Numbered from the stretch's first letter, positions 8,768-18,050 are shown. The stretch: 64,000 bases of DNA from Dehalococcoidia bacterium (GCA_963665605.1 OY762409.1:3851061-3915060); one strand, 5' to 3'. Notes: generated by a model from the letters alone, not told the origin. Numbers and translations: made by a program.

Positions 8768-9976
8768 TTAGCCTTCAGCAGCGACGTACTCGTCCCAGCG
8801 GGCTTCAACGTTGGGATCTTCGACAGTCTCCATGATGTACTGGCCAAACTCCGCGCTGGTTACTCCGGTGTCGCGGCCTGTCATGACCATCTTGCGCTCG
8901 TATTGTCCGCAGATGTCGAGAGCCTTATGCAGCTTGCCCCCAAGCGCCTCGAAGCCAATGTGTTCAAGCATCATCGCGCCTGCGCGCACGAGCGAACTGG
9001 GATCCGCGAATTGCGCCCTGCCCGTCTCAACCATGCGAGGCGCGCTGCCATGAATCGCTTCGAACATACCATAGCGCTTGCCGATGTTCGCGCTGCCTGC
9101 CGTGCCGACGCCGCCCTGTATCTGCGCGGCTTCGTCAGTGAGAATGTCGCCGTACAGGTTGGGAAGCGCGAGGACCTGGAAGTCCTTCTGGCGCGCTGGG
9201 TTGATGAGCGCGGCAGTCATTATGTCGATATACCAGCCGTCCCATTCGATGTCGGGATACCGCTCGCTGACCGCGCGCGCTATGTCGAGGAACTTGCCAT
9301 CGGTCGTCTTGACAACATTTGCCTTGGTGACGACGGTGACGCGCTCCCTGCCAGTGCGCTGTGCGTGGGCGAAAGCCGCATCGATGATTCGCTCGGCGCC
9401 CTGGCTGGTTATGACACGGAAGTCGATAGCTAGGTCATCAGACACGTTGATTCCCTGGCTTCCGACGGCGTACATGTCCTCAGTATTCTCACGGAAGAAT
9501 GTCCAGTCAATGCCCTGGTTGGGGACACGAACCGGACGCACATTGGCGAAAAGGTCGAGTTCCTTTCGCATCGACACGTTGGCGCTCTCAATGTTGGGCC
9601 AACCGTCGCCCTGTTCGGGGGTATGGGTCGGGCCCTTCAGTGTAACGTGGCACTGTTTGATTTCAGCCAGAACATCTTCCGGGATTGACTGCAACTTCTC
9701 GGCGCGGTTTTCGATGGTCAGACCATCGATTACCCTAAACTCAACCTTCCCAGATGCTAATTCGTCTCGCAACAGATACTCCAGGACTCGCTGCGTCTCG
9801 TAGCTGATGGTGGGGCCGATGCCGTCGCCGCCCAGCATGCCGATTATGATGGGGCTGACTTGGGAATAGTCAACCCAGTCGCCCTCTTCCTTCAGCCGTT
9901 CGACCCGTTCAAGCTGCTGCTGCAGTACGGTCCCGAAATGCTGTTTTGCGGCTTCAATTGATTGTGAATTGTCCAC
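8768..9976 (-). CDS. icd: Isocitrate dehydrogenase (isocitrate/isopropylmalate dehydrogenase family)
   Basis: Family motifs GDGIGP, S.N..LR.ELDLFANVRP, NLYGDILTDEAA...GG.G...SANIG, FEA.HGSAP. GTG start with an AAAGGAG RBS. TCA-cycle neighbours. Substrate specificity is not proven from sequence alone. Confidence 0.7.
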   Translation of the reverse strand: MDNSQSIEAAKQHFGTVLQQQLERVERLKEEGDWVDYSQVSPIIIGMLGGDGIGPTISYETQRVLEYLLRDELASGKVEFRVIDGLTIENRAEKLQSIPEDVLAEIKQCHVTLKGPTHTPEQGDGWPNIESANVSMRKELDLFANVRPVRVPNQGIDWTFFRENTEDMYAVGSQGINVSDDLAIDFRVITSQGAERIIDAAFAHAQRTGRERVTVVTKANVVKTTDGKFLDIARAVSERYPDIEWDGWYIDIMTAALINPARQKDFQVLALPNLYGDILTDEAAQIQGGVGTAGSANIGKRYGMFEAIHGSAPRMVETGRAQFADPSSLVRAGAMMLEHIGFEALGGKLHKALDICGQYERKMVMTGRDTGVTSAEFGQYIMETVEDPNVEARWDEYVAAEG

Positions 9977-10042
9977 GCCGACTCCTTTCGTTTTGCGGCA
10001 CGCCGGATTTATTGCCGTCCGTTAATTGTTAGTTAATGAATA

Positions 10043-11938
10043 CTATATTGAGATTACAGCGAGAACAGCGTCCTTTGCAACAGTTGCACCGACATCGGCA
10101 ACCAGTGCCTTGACAGTGCCGCTTGCAGGCGAGGGGAGTGTGTTCTCCATCTTCATCGCTTCCAGCACGACTATAGAGTCGCCTTCGTTTACGCTTTCTC
10201 CAGTTTTCACCGCGTATCGAAGTACCACGCCGGGTATTGGCGCCGTTATAGGAACTTCGTTTGCAGCCGAACCAGCTGTCGAGTCCTGAGCGTCTCCCTG
10301 CTTACTCTGGGGAACTGGCGTGGGCGAGACACGAGCTGCGGAGGAATTCGTTGCGAGTGGAGCAGCAGGTTGAGGCGCAGCCGCGGGGGCAATGCGCAAT
10401 CCGCGTTCAGGTGAGTGCGGATCAACCTCCACTTCAAACTTTTCGCCATCGACATAGACACTGAAGGTTCTCGCACGGTGACTGCGTGCGCGGTCGGACG
10501 AAGATTCGCGAGTCACGGAACTCTCGGCAGGCTTATCATTGTCCGCAGATGCTACTTCCTTCATTTCATACGGCATCGGGTCTAGACCGTGCTTGATGCG
10601 TAGAAACTTCATGCCAGTAGAAGGGTAGAGCGCATAGGTGAGGACATCTTCTATATCAGTCGTCATGTGCCGCACAGCGTCTCTCGCTGCATCCATTTCA
10701 GGCGGCATCTCGTGTGAATCTCTGTCAGTCTCACTAACGCCGAGGATTTTGTCGCGAAGTTCTGGCGCAATCTTACCGGGTGGGGTGCCGAACTTGCCTG
10801 CGACATAGTCCTGCACTGCGCCCGTGACCATTGTGTACCGTCCGAAGAGAACATTGTTCACAGCCTGCGCGCCGGTCATCTGGCTGAGGGGTGTTACGAG
10901 TGGCGGATAGCCTAGATCCCTTCGTGTGCGCGGAATCTCCTGAAGCACTTCGTCAAGTCTGTCGATCGAGTCCGCTTCGCGCAACTGAGAAGAGAGATTG
11001 CTCATCATGCCACCGGGTATCTGGTGATCCAGAACGCGGGCGTCTATAACTGACATGCGAGAACTTTCAAAGTGGCGCCGGTACTTAGGCAAGACTCTCT
11101 CGAAATAGTCGTCAATCTCCAGGACTTTTTCTAGGCTCACCTGTGGCTCTCGATCTCCCCCTCGAAGAGCAAACACTAATGGCTCAATTGCAGGCTGAGC
11201 CGTGCGCAGGGCGAGTGGCGCGCAACAGGTGTCAACGCCGTCGATGCCCGCTTCTATGGCTTTGAGCGCGGTCATGGTCGCCATACCACTGGTGTAATGG
11301 CTGTGAAGTTGTAAGGGCACTGCAACTGTCTTCTTGAGTGCGGCGATCAGTTCATAGGCGTCATACGGAGCGAGCAGACCGCCCATGTCCTTTACGCAGA
11401 TGCTGTCCGCCCCCAATTCTTCGAATTGCTTTGCCTTCGAAAGGTAGTACTCGAGATTGTAAAAGCGCCCACCAAGTCTGCCCTCCTCGGTAACGGAATA
11501 GCAGATAGCAAGCTGGAGGTGCTTTCCTGCGCCTTTTACCGCCTGAGCCGCCCTACGTACATTGGCTGGGTCGTTGAGGGCGTCGAAGACGCGGAATATG
11601 TCGATGCCCGCATCTGCGGACTGCGATACAAATGCGTCAACCACATCGTCGGCGTAGTTGCGGTACCCAACCAGAGACTGGCCCCGGAGCAGCATTGACA
11701 GGGGTGTGTTCGGAATCAGGGCGCGAAGAGTTCGGAGGCGCTCCCAAGGATCTTCACCTAGGAACCGCGTGGTGGTGTCGAATGTTGCGCCGCCCCAGAC
11801 CTCCATTGCGTCGAAACCGGCAGCGTCCATGGTAGGTGCGATATCCACCATGTCTTCAAGGCGTAGGCGGGTTGCCATCACACTTTGATGGCCGTCCCGG
11901 AGCGTTGTATCGGTTATTTTCACCGGTTTGGAAGCCAT
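10043..11938 (-). CDS. Biotin-dependent 5S-type carboxyltransferase fused to a C-terminal biotinyl carrier domain (oxaloacetate decarboxylase alpha / pyruvate carboxylase B / transcarboxylase 5S+1.3S-like)
   Basis: N-terminal ITDTTLRDGHQS TIM-barrel signature. Pro/Ala-rich linker. C-terminal biotinylation motif VLEAMKMEN. Confidence 0.85.
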   Translation of the reverse strand: MASKPVKITDTTLRDGHQSVMATRLRLEDMVDIAPTMDAAGFDAMEVWGGATFDTTTRFLGEDPWERLRTLRALIPNTPLSMLLRGQSLVGYRNYADDVVDAFVSQSADAGIDIFRVFDALNDPANVRRAAQAVKGAGKHLQLAICYSVTEEGRLGGRFYNLEYYLSKAKQFEELGADSICVKDMGGLLAPYDAYELIAALKKTVAVPLQLHSHYTSGMATMTALKAIEAGIDGVDTCCAPLALRTAQPAIEPLVFALRGGDREPQVSLEKVLEIDDYFERVLPKYRRHFESSRMSVIDARVLDHQIPGGMMSNLSSQLREADSIDRLDEVLQEIPRTRRDLGYPPLVTPLSQMTGAQAVNNVLFGRYTMVTGAVQDYVAGKFGTPPGKIAPELRDKILGVSETDRDSHEMPPEMDAARDAVRHMTTDIEDVLTYALYPSTGMKFLRIKHGLDPMPYEMKEVASADNDKPAESSVTRESSSDRARSHRARTFSVYVDGEKFEVEVDPHSPERGLRIAPAAAPQPAAPLATNSSAARVSPTPVPQSKQGDAQDSTAGSAANEVPITAPIPGVVLRYAVKTGESVNEGDSIVVLEAMKMENTLPSPASGTVKALVADVGATVAKDAVLAVISI

Positions 11939-11959
11939 AAACCTAACTTCTGGCTGATG

Positions 11960-12157
11960 CTAATTTCGCCCCGTCCAAGAGCGTGTTCGATCTGTCAGGA
12001 ATTCGTTGGTTTCAGACAGAGTTACTCTGCGCCACGCGTTCAAGCCGACAGATTGGCTACCGGGTTGTCCTTTCTCACTGTCGAGGTGAGCCTGCACTGC
12101 TGCTGTGATTGCGGCAATCTGGCGATGGCGGTGTGTACTCTCATAGACGGAAGTCAT
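11960..12157 (-). CDS. Small protein coupled to the carboxyltransferase gene, possibly an acyl-CoA carboxylase epsilon-like subunit
   Basis: Its start overlaps the stop of the upstream 12S-like gene by 4 nt. It has an Ala-rich helix (IAAITAAVQAHL). Position immediately after the beta subunit resembles actinobacterial epsilon subunits. The similarity is weak. Confidence 0.4.
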   Translation of the reverse strand: MTSVYESTHRHRQIAAITAAVQAHLDSEKGQPGSQSVGLNAWRRVTLSETNEFLTDRTRSWTGRN

Positions 12158-13716
12158 AGAGGTATGCTCCCATGCTTGCGTTTTGGCGGTGACTCACGCT
12201 TGTCAGCAAGCATTTCAAGGGATTTTATGACTTTGCTTCTGGTGTCGGCAGGATCGATCACATCATCGATCAGGCCGTGCGAAGCGGCGACATATGGGTT
12301 GACCAGTCGATCACTGTAGTCCTGTACTAGCTGAGAGCGTGTCGCGTCAGGGTCGACTGCCGAGGCAATTTCGCTTCGGTAGATGATATTGACTGCGCCT
12401 TCCGGGCCCATCACGGCTATCTCCGCCGTTGGCCACGCGTAGTTGATGTCGCCCAGCAGGCCTTTGCTGCTCATCACGATGTACGCGCCGCCGTAAGCCT
12501 TGCGGATGAGCACACTGACCTTTGGGACACTTGCTTCAGCATAAGCATATATGAGCTTTGCCCCATGTCGGATGATGCCGCCAAATTCCTGATCGGTGCC
12601 CGGCAGAAAGCCCGGCACGTCTATCAGTGTGAGCAATGGGATGTTAAAGGCGTCGCAGAATCTCACGAATCGCGCAGCTTTGGTCGATGCGTCTATGTCG
12701 AGGACTCCCGCGAGGTGGGAAGGCTGCTGCGCGACTATCCCGATGCTCCTGCCGTCCATTCGGGCGAATCCAACGATGACATTGCGAGCGTAGGCGGCGT
12801 GTACCTGCATGAACTCGCCATCATCTACCACGCTTTCGATAATCTGGCCCATGTCGTAGGGCGCGTTGGAATTATCGGGAATTATTCCGAGAAGTCCGTC
12901 ATCCCTTCGTTCCGGGTCATCGAAGGCGTCGTATCGCGGCGGGTCTTCCATGTTGTTCTGCGGTAGGAAACCCAATAGACGCCGTAATTCGCTCAGGCAG
13001 GATTCTTCGGACTCGAAGGAGAAATGCGCTACACCGCTGCGAGTGGAGTGGCTGTCAGCTCCGCCAAGCTGCTCGTGAGTAACCTCTTCGCCGGTTACAG
13101 CCCTGATTACATCAGGGCCAGTGATGTACATCTGCCCAGTGTCTTTGACCATAAAAATGAAGTCGGTCAGAGCAGGGGAGTAGGTTGCGCCGCCGGCAGC
13201 TGGTCCGAGTATTACTGATATCTGCGGAATGACGCCGGATGAGCGCACGTTGCGCAGGAAAATGTCCGCATAGCCCGCGAGACTGAGGACACCTTCCTGT
13301 ATACGCGCGCCGCCGGAGTCAATCAGGCCGACCATAGGCGCGCCACTATTGGAAGCCAGGTCCATCACTTTGCATATCTTTTTGGCGACGACTTCTGAGA
13401 GAGAGCCGCCCAGTACGGTGAAATCCTGAGAGTACGCGAAGGCAAGGCGACCGCTGATTTTGCCGTAGCCGGTCACGACGGCATCGCCTAGGGTCTTCTG
13501 ATCGGCTAGACCGAACTCTGTGGCCCGGTGCTGCGCGAATGCGTCCAGTTCTTCGAAGCTTCCCTCGTCGAAGAGCATGTCAAGACGCTCGCGTGCCGTG
13601 AACTTCCCGCGCCTGTGCTGCGCTTCAATGCGCCGCGTGCCGCCCCCCAGACGCGCCTGCTCACGCCTCTCGTTGAGGTCGTCTAGCACATCAACTGCCC
13701 TTTTATAAACCGCCAT
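12154..13716 (-). CDS. Acyl-CoA carboxyltransferase (methylmalonyl-CoA carboxyltransferase 12S / propionyl-CoA carboxylase beta family)
   Basis: Length of about 520 aa and family-typical segments (GKFTARERL..L.D.GSF.E, GG.L.........K....A......P...L.DSGGARIQEG, ...PGFLPG..QE..GII.HGAK..YA). Confidence 0.9.
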   Translation of the reverse strand: MAVYKRAVDVLDDLNERREQARLGGGTRRIEAQHRRGKFTARERLDMLFDEGSFEELDAFAQHRATEFGLADQKTLGDAVVTGYGKISGRLAFAYSQDFTVLGGSLSEVVAKKICKVMDLASNSGAPMVGLIDSGGARIQEGVLSLAGYADIFLRNVRSSGVIPQISVILGPAAGGATYSPALTDFIFMVKDTGQMYITGPDVIRAVTGEEVTHEQLGGADSHSTRSGVAHFSFESEESCLSELRRLLGFLPQNNMEDPPRYDAFDDPERRDDGLLGIIPDNSNAPYDMGQIIESVVDDGEFMQVHAAYARNVIVGFARMDGRSIGIVAQQPSHLAGVLDIDASTKAARFVRFCDAFNIPLLTLIDVPGFLPGTDQEFGGIIRHGAKLIYAYAEASVPKVSVLIRKAYGGAYIVMSSKGLLGDINYAWPTAEIAVMGPEGAVNIIYRSEIASAVDPDATRSQLVQDYSDRLVNPYVAASHGLIDDVIDPADTRSKVIKSLEMLADKRESPPKRKHGSIPL

Positions 13717-13852
13717 TGGCCTACCCGCTCTTGCCTCTAAATCGGACGAATGAAGGAGACGAAGTGAAATGAGTCCAGACGCTTAATACCAAGAAAACGG
13801 TATCAGATAGCGACTTTGGTAGCAACATAATTCAGGAATTATGGGTGTGCGT

Positions 13853-15077
13853 CAGGGCAAACGCATCTTAATTGGCAAGGACCATCAGTAGGTAGTCGTT
13901 GTCCCAGGCGGCATCTTTTCGCTTGCCGGCGAGGCTGCGGTTGGTGGACGTTTCGGCTTTGAGTAGGTTTAGGGCCATGCGGCGCAGTACAGAGAAGTTC
14001 TCAGCCCCGTTCCCGCTACGCACCCGGCTTCCGTCCTCATTGAACGTCACATCCAACGACCAGTGCAACTGGTTCTCTATGCTCCAGTGGCTGCGCACCG
14101 CGTTGAGCAAGGCGCTCGCATCGTTCGGCAAGCTCGATATGTAGTAGCGCGACTCCACCGTCGTCTTGTCCCCCACGCGGCGCTTGCCTTCCACCTTCAC
14201 CAGCGTATTCAGCCCCGGCCACTGACTGTACTCATCGACGTATCTGACGTTGCCAAGGTCAGATACCGTCCAGCAGCGGCGTGTCTCGATTCGTCCGTGG
14301 CCCGCATCCACCGTCTCGTGGTAGTCGTACTCTATGTCGTCGAAGCCGGAGTTGCCGATGAGGTCGAAGACGTCTGCCACGCCCTCGTGTAGGTGCCTTT
14401 GGTTCCCCTTGACCGCCAGCACGTAATCGGCTCCCTCCTCCAATATCTTCGATGCAATCTCCCTCTGGCAGCCCATGGCGTCGATCGTCACGATGCATCC
14501 CTCGACCTCAAGCAGCTCAAGCAACCGCGGTATCGCCGTTATCTCGTTGGAGCGTCGGTCCACGCCGGTCTGCCCCAGCGTCACGCCGCTCTCACAGGCC
14601 CAGGCGCTAACCATGTGGATAGCGCCTTTTCCTGCGTATCTATCGTGCGAGCGCCGCACAGTTTTGCCGTCTATCGCCACCACATCACCTTGCAGAACCT
14701 CACTGATTGCCAGTACCCACTCGGTGAAACAGCGCTCGAACTGCTCAGCGTCCAGCCTGGCAAACACCCTGCCGAAGGTGTCGTGCGATGGAATGCCGTT
14801 GGGCAACTCCAGCATCTTGCGCAACCATTCCTCCTTGCATCTGCCGAACGCTTCCACGTCTACCCAACTGTCCGCTCCCGCTATCGCACCACAGAGCGCA
14901 ATTGTGAGGATTTCGATCAGTTCGTGGCGCTTGGTGCGGTCTATACGAGGGTCCTTGAGGCTGCTGAAATGTTCCGTAAGCGAAGCAGGATTACTACTCT
15001 CCATAAGCCACTCTCCTTATGAGATTGACCCCCTATTTTATACTCCGCCTATAATAAATTTAGATGCGATTGCCCTG
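13853..15077 (-). mobile_element. ISAs1-family insertion sequence, copy 1 (1225 bp)
   Basis: Imperfect terminal inverted repeats match at 19 of 21 positions (CAGGGCAAACGCATCTTAATT vs CAGGGCAATCGCATCTAAATT). Flanked by a 10-bp direct repeat GGGTGTGCGT (13843-13852 and 15078-15087). Shares the same ends and an identical 378-aa transposase translation with copy 2 at 61016-62240. Confidence 0.9.
13868..15004 (-). CDS. ISAs1-family (H-repeat-associated type) DDE transposase
   Basis: N-terminus L.EHF..L.DPR...K..H.L.EIL.IALCA...GA..W..IE.FG is typical of ISAs1 transposases. The 378-aa translation is identical to the ORF at 61031-62167. Confidence 0.9.
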   Translation of the reverse strand: MESSNPASLTEHFSSLKDPRIDRTKRHELIEILTIALCGAIAGADSWVDVEAFGRCKEEWLRKMLELPNGIPSHDTFGRVFARLDAEQFERCFTEWVLAISEVLQGDVVAIDGKTVRRSHDRYAGKGAIHMVSAWACESGVTLGQTGVDRRSNEITAIPRLLELLEVEGCIVTIDAMGCQREIASKILEEGADYVLAVKGNQRHLHEGVADVFDLIGNSGFDDIEYDYHETVDAGHGRIETRRCWTVSDLGNVRYVDEYSQWPGLNTLVKVEGKRRVGDKTTVESRYYISSLPNDASALLNAVRSHWSIENQLHWSLDVTFNEDGSRVRSGNGAENFSVLRRMALNLLKAETSTNRSLAGKRKDAAWDNDYLLMVLAN

Positions 15078-15213
15078 GGGTGTGCGTGTGAATAAGAGGT
15101 GGGAGTTTCGAACGGTGATATACTCTGTGAGATAGGCAAAGTTCCGCACAGTTGAATTTTGCTCGAGCATCTCAACGGCGCTCGACGCGCGACTAGGGAT
15201 TAGATTGACAATC

Positions 15214-16074
15214 ATGCCATCGCTCGCGCCGACCAGAATCGGTGATCGCTGCTTCAAGTGGGGTGAGCGCACATACGTAATGGGCGTGCTGAATGTAACG
15301 CCTGACTCCTTTTCTGGAGACGGAGTGGCTAGAAACCTCGACACGGCAGTTGAGCAGGCGCTACGTTTTCAGGCAGAAGGCGCAGATATTATCGACGTTG
15401 GTGGCGAGTCAACACGACCGGCCTCCATATACTTGGGCGCAGAGCCTATAACTGCTGAGGAAGAACTGACGCGGGTGATCCCGGTGATTGAGGCCCTGTC
15501 CCGCGTGCTGAAAGTTCCCGTCAGTGTGGATACATACAAGGCGGAGGTCGCACGGGAGGCGTTGCGTGCGGGCGCGGCGATGATCAACGATGTCTGGGGT
15601 TTCCGGCGCGACCCCGAGATTGCTCGTGTAGCCGCCGACGCTGGCGTGCCTGTGGTGCTGATGCACAATCAGAAGCATACTCGTTATGGCGACCTGGTGC
15701 CGGATGTCATTGGTGAACTGGGCAAGATGGTGAAAACGGCGGTCGCCTCCGGAGTGGAACACAGGAATATAGTAGTCGATCCAGGCATGGGATTCGGAAA
15801 GACTGCTGAACACAATCTTGAAATTCTGCGCAGCTTGGATGAATTTCAAGTACTCGGGTCGCCGATTCTGGTGGGGATGTCTCGGAAGTCCACAATCGGG
15901 TACGTTCTCGGACTACCGGTCGAGGAGAGACTTGAGGGCACTGCGGCTACGGTGGCTCTCTCGGTGGCATTTGGCGCTGATGTCGTGCGTGTTCACGATG
16001 TCAGAGAAATGGTGCGCGTTGCGCGCATGAGCGACGCTGTGGTGCGTGGCTGGAGCCAGGATGATGCTCAATGA
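15214..16074 (+). CDS. folP: Dihydropteroate synthase
   Basis: MGVLNVTPDSFSGDG, IIDVGGESTRP, and the DP.GFGK pattern (seen here as VDPGMGFGKT). The ATG at 15214 is preferred over the TTG at 15205. Confidence 0.9.
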   Translation: MPSLAPTRIGDRCFKWGERTYVMGVLNVTPDSFSGDGVARNLDTAVEQALRFQAEGADIIDVGGESTRPASIYLGAEPITAEEELTRVIPVIEALSRVLKVPVSVDTYKAEVAREALRAGAAMINDVWGFRRDPEIARVAADAGVPVVLMHNQKHTRYGDLVPDVIGELGKMVKTAVASGVEHRNIVVDPGMGFGKTAEHNLEILRSLDEFQVLGSPILVGMSRKSTIGYVLGLPVEERLEGTAATVALSVAFGADVVRVHDVREMVRVARMSDAVVRGWSQDDAQ

Positions 16075-16567
16075 GGCGTATGTCGGTCTAGGCTCGAACC
16101 TGGGCGATTCGGTCCAGAATCTCCGTGCCGCAGTTGGTATGATGGAAGAATTCGCCGTCGATGTTCTGCCGTCGTCAGTGTACAGGACGGCGCCCCAAGG
16201 ATTTCGCAACCAGCCTCCGTTCTACAACGCCGTCTGCCGCGTGGTTACGAGAGTTACACCGTTCGAGTTGATGGACCGATTGCTGCGCATCGAAACGGGA
16301 GTCGGGAGACGGCGAATATTTCGCAACGCGCCCCGTCTGCTGGACATGGACATTCTCCTATACAACCGACTCGTGCTGAAGTCTCCGCCACTGACGCTTC
16401 CTCACCCTCGGATGTCCGAGAGACTCTTCGTTCTGCGGCCGCTTGCTGATATTGCCCCGCATTTGAAGCATCCTCTGGGCGGCGCCAGTGTAGGAGAAAT
16501 GCTGCGAAGTCTGCAAGCGCAGTCGGACGTCATTGAACGGCTGGAATCGCAGCTAGCGCCTCCGTAG
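16061..16567 (+). CDS. folK: 2-amino-4-hydroxy-6-hydroxymethyldihydropterin pyrophosphokinase
   Basis: AYVGLGSNLGD start region, R...R.LD.DILLY, HP....R.FVL.PL. Overlaps the folP 3' end. The ATG at 16061 was chosen; the listed GTG at 16046 is also possible. Confidence 0.85.
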   Translation: MMLNEAYVGLGSNLGDSVQNLRAAVGMMEEFAVDVLPSSVYRTAPQGFRNQPPFYNAVCRVVTRVTPFELMDRLLRIETGVGRRRIFRNAPRLLDMDILLYNRLVLKSPPLTLPHPRMSERLFVLRPLADIAPHLKHPLGGASVGEMLRSLQAQSDVIERLESQLAPP

Positions 16568-16593
16568 AGCCGCCGGCTGGTCACCAGAGGCAA

Positions 16594-16773
16594 TCACCGT
16601 AGTGAAGGCGGCAACATATTTGGGATGGTGTCTCGAATCGGATAGGTCTCGTCACACTTTTTGCAGGTTAGACTTCCTTCAACAATCTCATCGTCCTGCT
16701 CCAATGTAACTACAAGGTCCAGCTGGCCCTTGCACTCCGGGCATACAAGGATGTCCATTAGCTTGCGCCGCAT
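16594..16773 (-). CDS. Trm112/UPF0434-family small zinc-ribbon protein (59 aa, below the ORF-track cutoff)
   Basis: My translation of the minus strand is MRRKLMDILVCPECKGQLDLVVTLEQDDEIVEGSLTCKKCDETYPIRDTIPNMLPPSLR*. GGAG sits 7 nt upstream of the ATG. The L.ILVCP.CKG.L......L.C..C...YPI.D.IP.ML signature is present. Confidence 0.7.
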   Translation of the reverse strand: MRRKLMDILVCPECKGQLDLVVTLEQDDEIVEGSLTCKKCDETYPIRDTIPNMLPPSLR

Positions 16774-16840
16774 GTTCTATCTCCTACTCAGTCAGAAAAT
16801 TCAGGAACCGCTCTTAACGTATGGCCTGGGGGGCGCCGCG

Positions 16841-17338
16841 CTACTTCAGCGCGACCTCATACAGGGTCTTCAGTAGGTCCGACAGCAGGAACACAACCAG
16901 GCCCAGAATTACGATTGTGTTGTAGCCTGAAACTGTGCGGAGCGCCCTGCTCAACTTCGTGCTTGAAGGTGCGTCCGCCTCTCTGAATGCTTCAGTGACT
17001 GAAGTGCGCTTACGCCGTGACCACGCGAGCACGAACATCCAGACGGAGAGCGCGATTTTTGCGCCTAATGTTACGACGTATGGTGCGCCAACTACTCCGG
17101 GAGTCAGCCGGTTGAGCGTCAATATGACGCCAGTGGCAATCAGGACATATACACAGGTTTCGACAAGGGCGCGAAACTCTGCCGCTGTTGCCAGGTTAAT
17201 GAGCCTCGATCCTTCGGGAGAGCGACGAAGTGCTGGACGCAAGACTATGAGATAGAAGATGCTGCCACCGACCCACGCGGCGGCAGAGACAAGGTGCAGC
17301 CATCGAACTACAAGGAGGAATATATCGGTCAGATTCAT
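16841..17338 (-). CDS. Integral membrane protein, CopD-like (tentative)
   Basis: Four predicted hydrophobic helices. The N-terminal RWLHLVSAAAWVGGSIFYL resembles the CopD/YcnJ-type domain. It neighbours a TlpA-like thioredoxin. Confidence 0.4.
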   Translation of the reverse strand: MNLTDIFLLVVRWLHLVSAAAWVGGSIFYLIVLRPALRRSPEGSRLINLATAAEFRALVETCVYVLIATGVILTLNRLTPGVVGAPYVVTLGAKIALSVWMFVLAWSRRKRTSVTEAFREADAPSSTKLSRALRTVSGYNTIVILGLVVFLLSDLLKTLYEVALK

Positions 17339-17396
17339 AGCTCAGCCTGCGAAGTGGCCGGGCAGCGGGACGGCACCGAGCATGCGCCTGGCATCC

Positions 17397-17957
17397 TCAA
17401 TTGATGATTTCGCTGAGAATCTCTTCCATCTTTTCTTCGTTCAGGACCCCCTGCCACCTCCGCACGATGTTCTGATCCCTGTCAATGAATACGGTCATCG
17501 GGAATCCGCTTACCTTGTACTTCGTGATGATTTCGTCTTCATCCGGACCCAGCGCGTATGAGACGCCAACCTCGTTGACGAAGTTTTGACCGTCCTCAGC
17601 CGTGTCGATTCCAAGAAGCTGCACGCCGACAAATTCAAGATTGTAGGACTTATGGTTTTGGAATACACGCTCGAATTCAGGCATTTCGGCGACGCAGGGA
17701 GGGCACGACGGAAACCAGAAGTTGAGCACCACGGGCTTGCCCTTGAGGTCGGACAGTCGCAGTGTCTCTCCAGCCTGGCGCGTCTCTGTGCCGAACAGCG
17801 TCAGCTCAAAGTCGGGGGCTGGGTCTACTGTTCCGCTCTGTGAAGAACATGCAGCCAGCGTCAGTAGTAAGGGCAGCAATAGCAGACCTACCCGATTGAA
17901 TTGAAGCCGCGACACTGAGCTCATATTGTGTCGAACATGGGCAATCATCATCTTCAT
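17397..17957 (-). CDS. TlpA/ResA-family thiol:disulfide oxidoreductase (lipoprotein)
   Basis: Thioredoxin-fold CxxC (FWFPSCPPCVAEMPEF). Signal/lipobox LLTLAAC near the N-terminus. The exact start is uncertain. Confidence 0.85.
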   Translation of the reverse strand: MKMMIAHVRHNMSSVSRLQFNRVGLLLLPLLLTLAACSSQSGTVDPAPDFELTLFGTETRQAGETLRLSDLKGKPVVLNFWFPSCPPCVAEMPEFERVFQNHKSYNLEFVGVQLLGIDTAEDGQNFVNEVGVSYALGPDEDEIITKYKVSGFPMTVFIDRDQNIVRRWQGVLNEEKMEEILSEIIN

Positions 17958-18050
17958 TTCCCTTTCTCCCCACCTGTCATCGCCTGGATTACCTTTACAA
18001 TTTAAGATGCTCTACGCGCCGTCGACGGTTTTCGTGCCATGCTCCAAGTT

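Noticed and set aside
16661-16876. 71-aa plus-strand ORF
   Set aside because: No RBS and no motifs. The same DNA encodes a well-supported Trm112-like ORF and the 3' end of the CopD-like gene on the minus strand.
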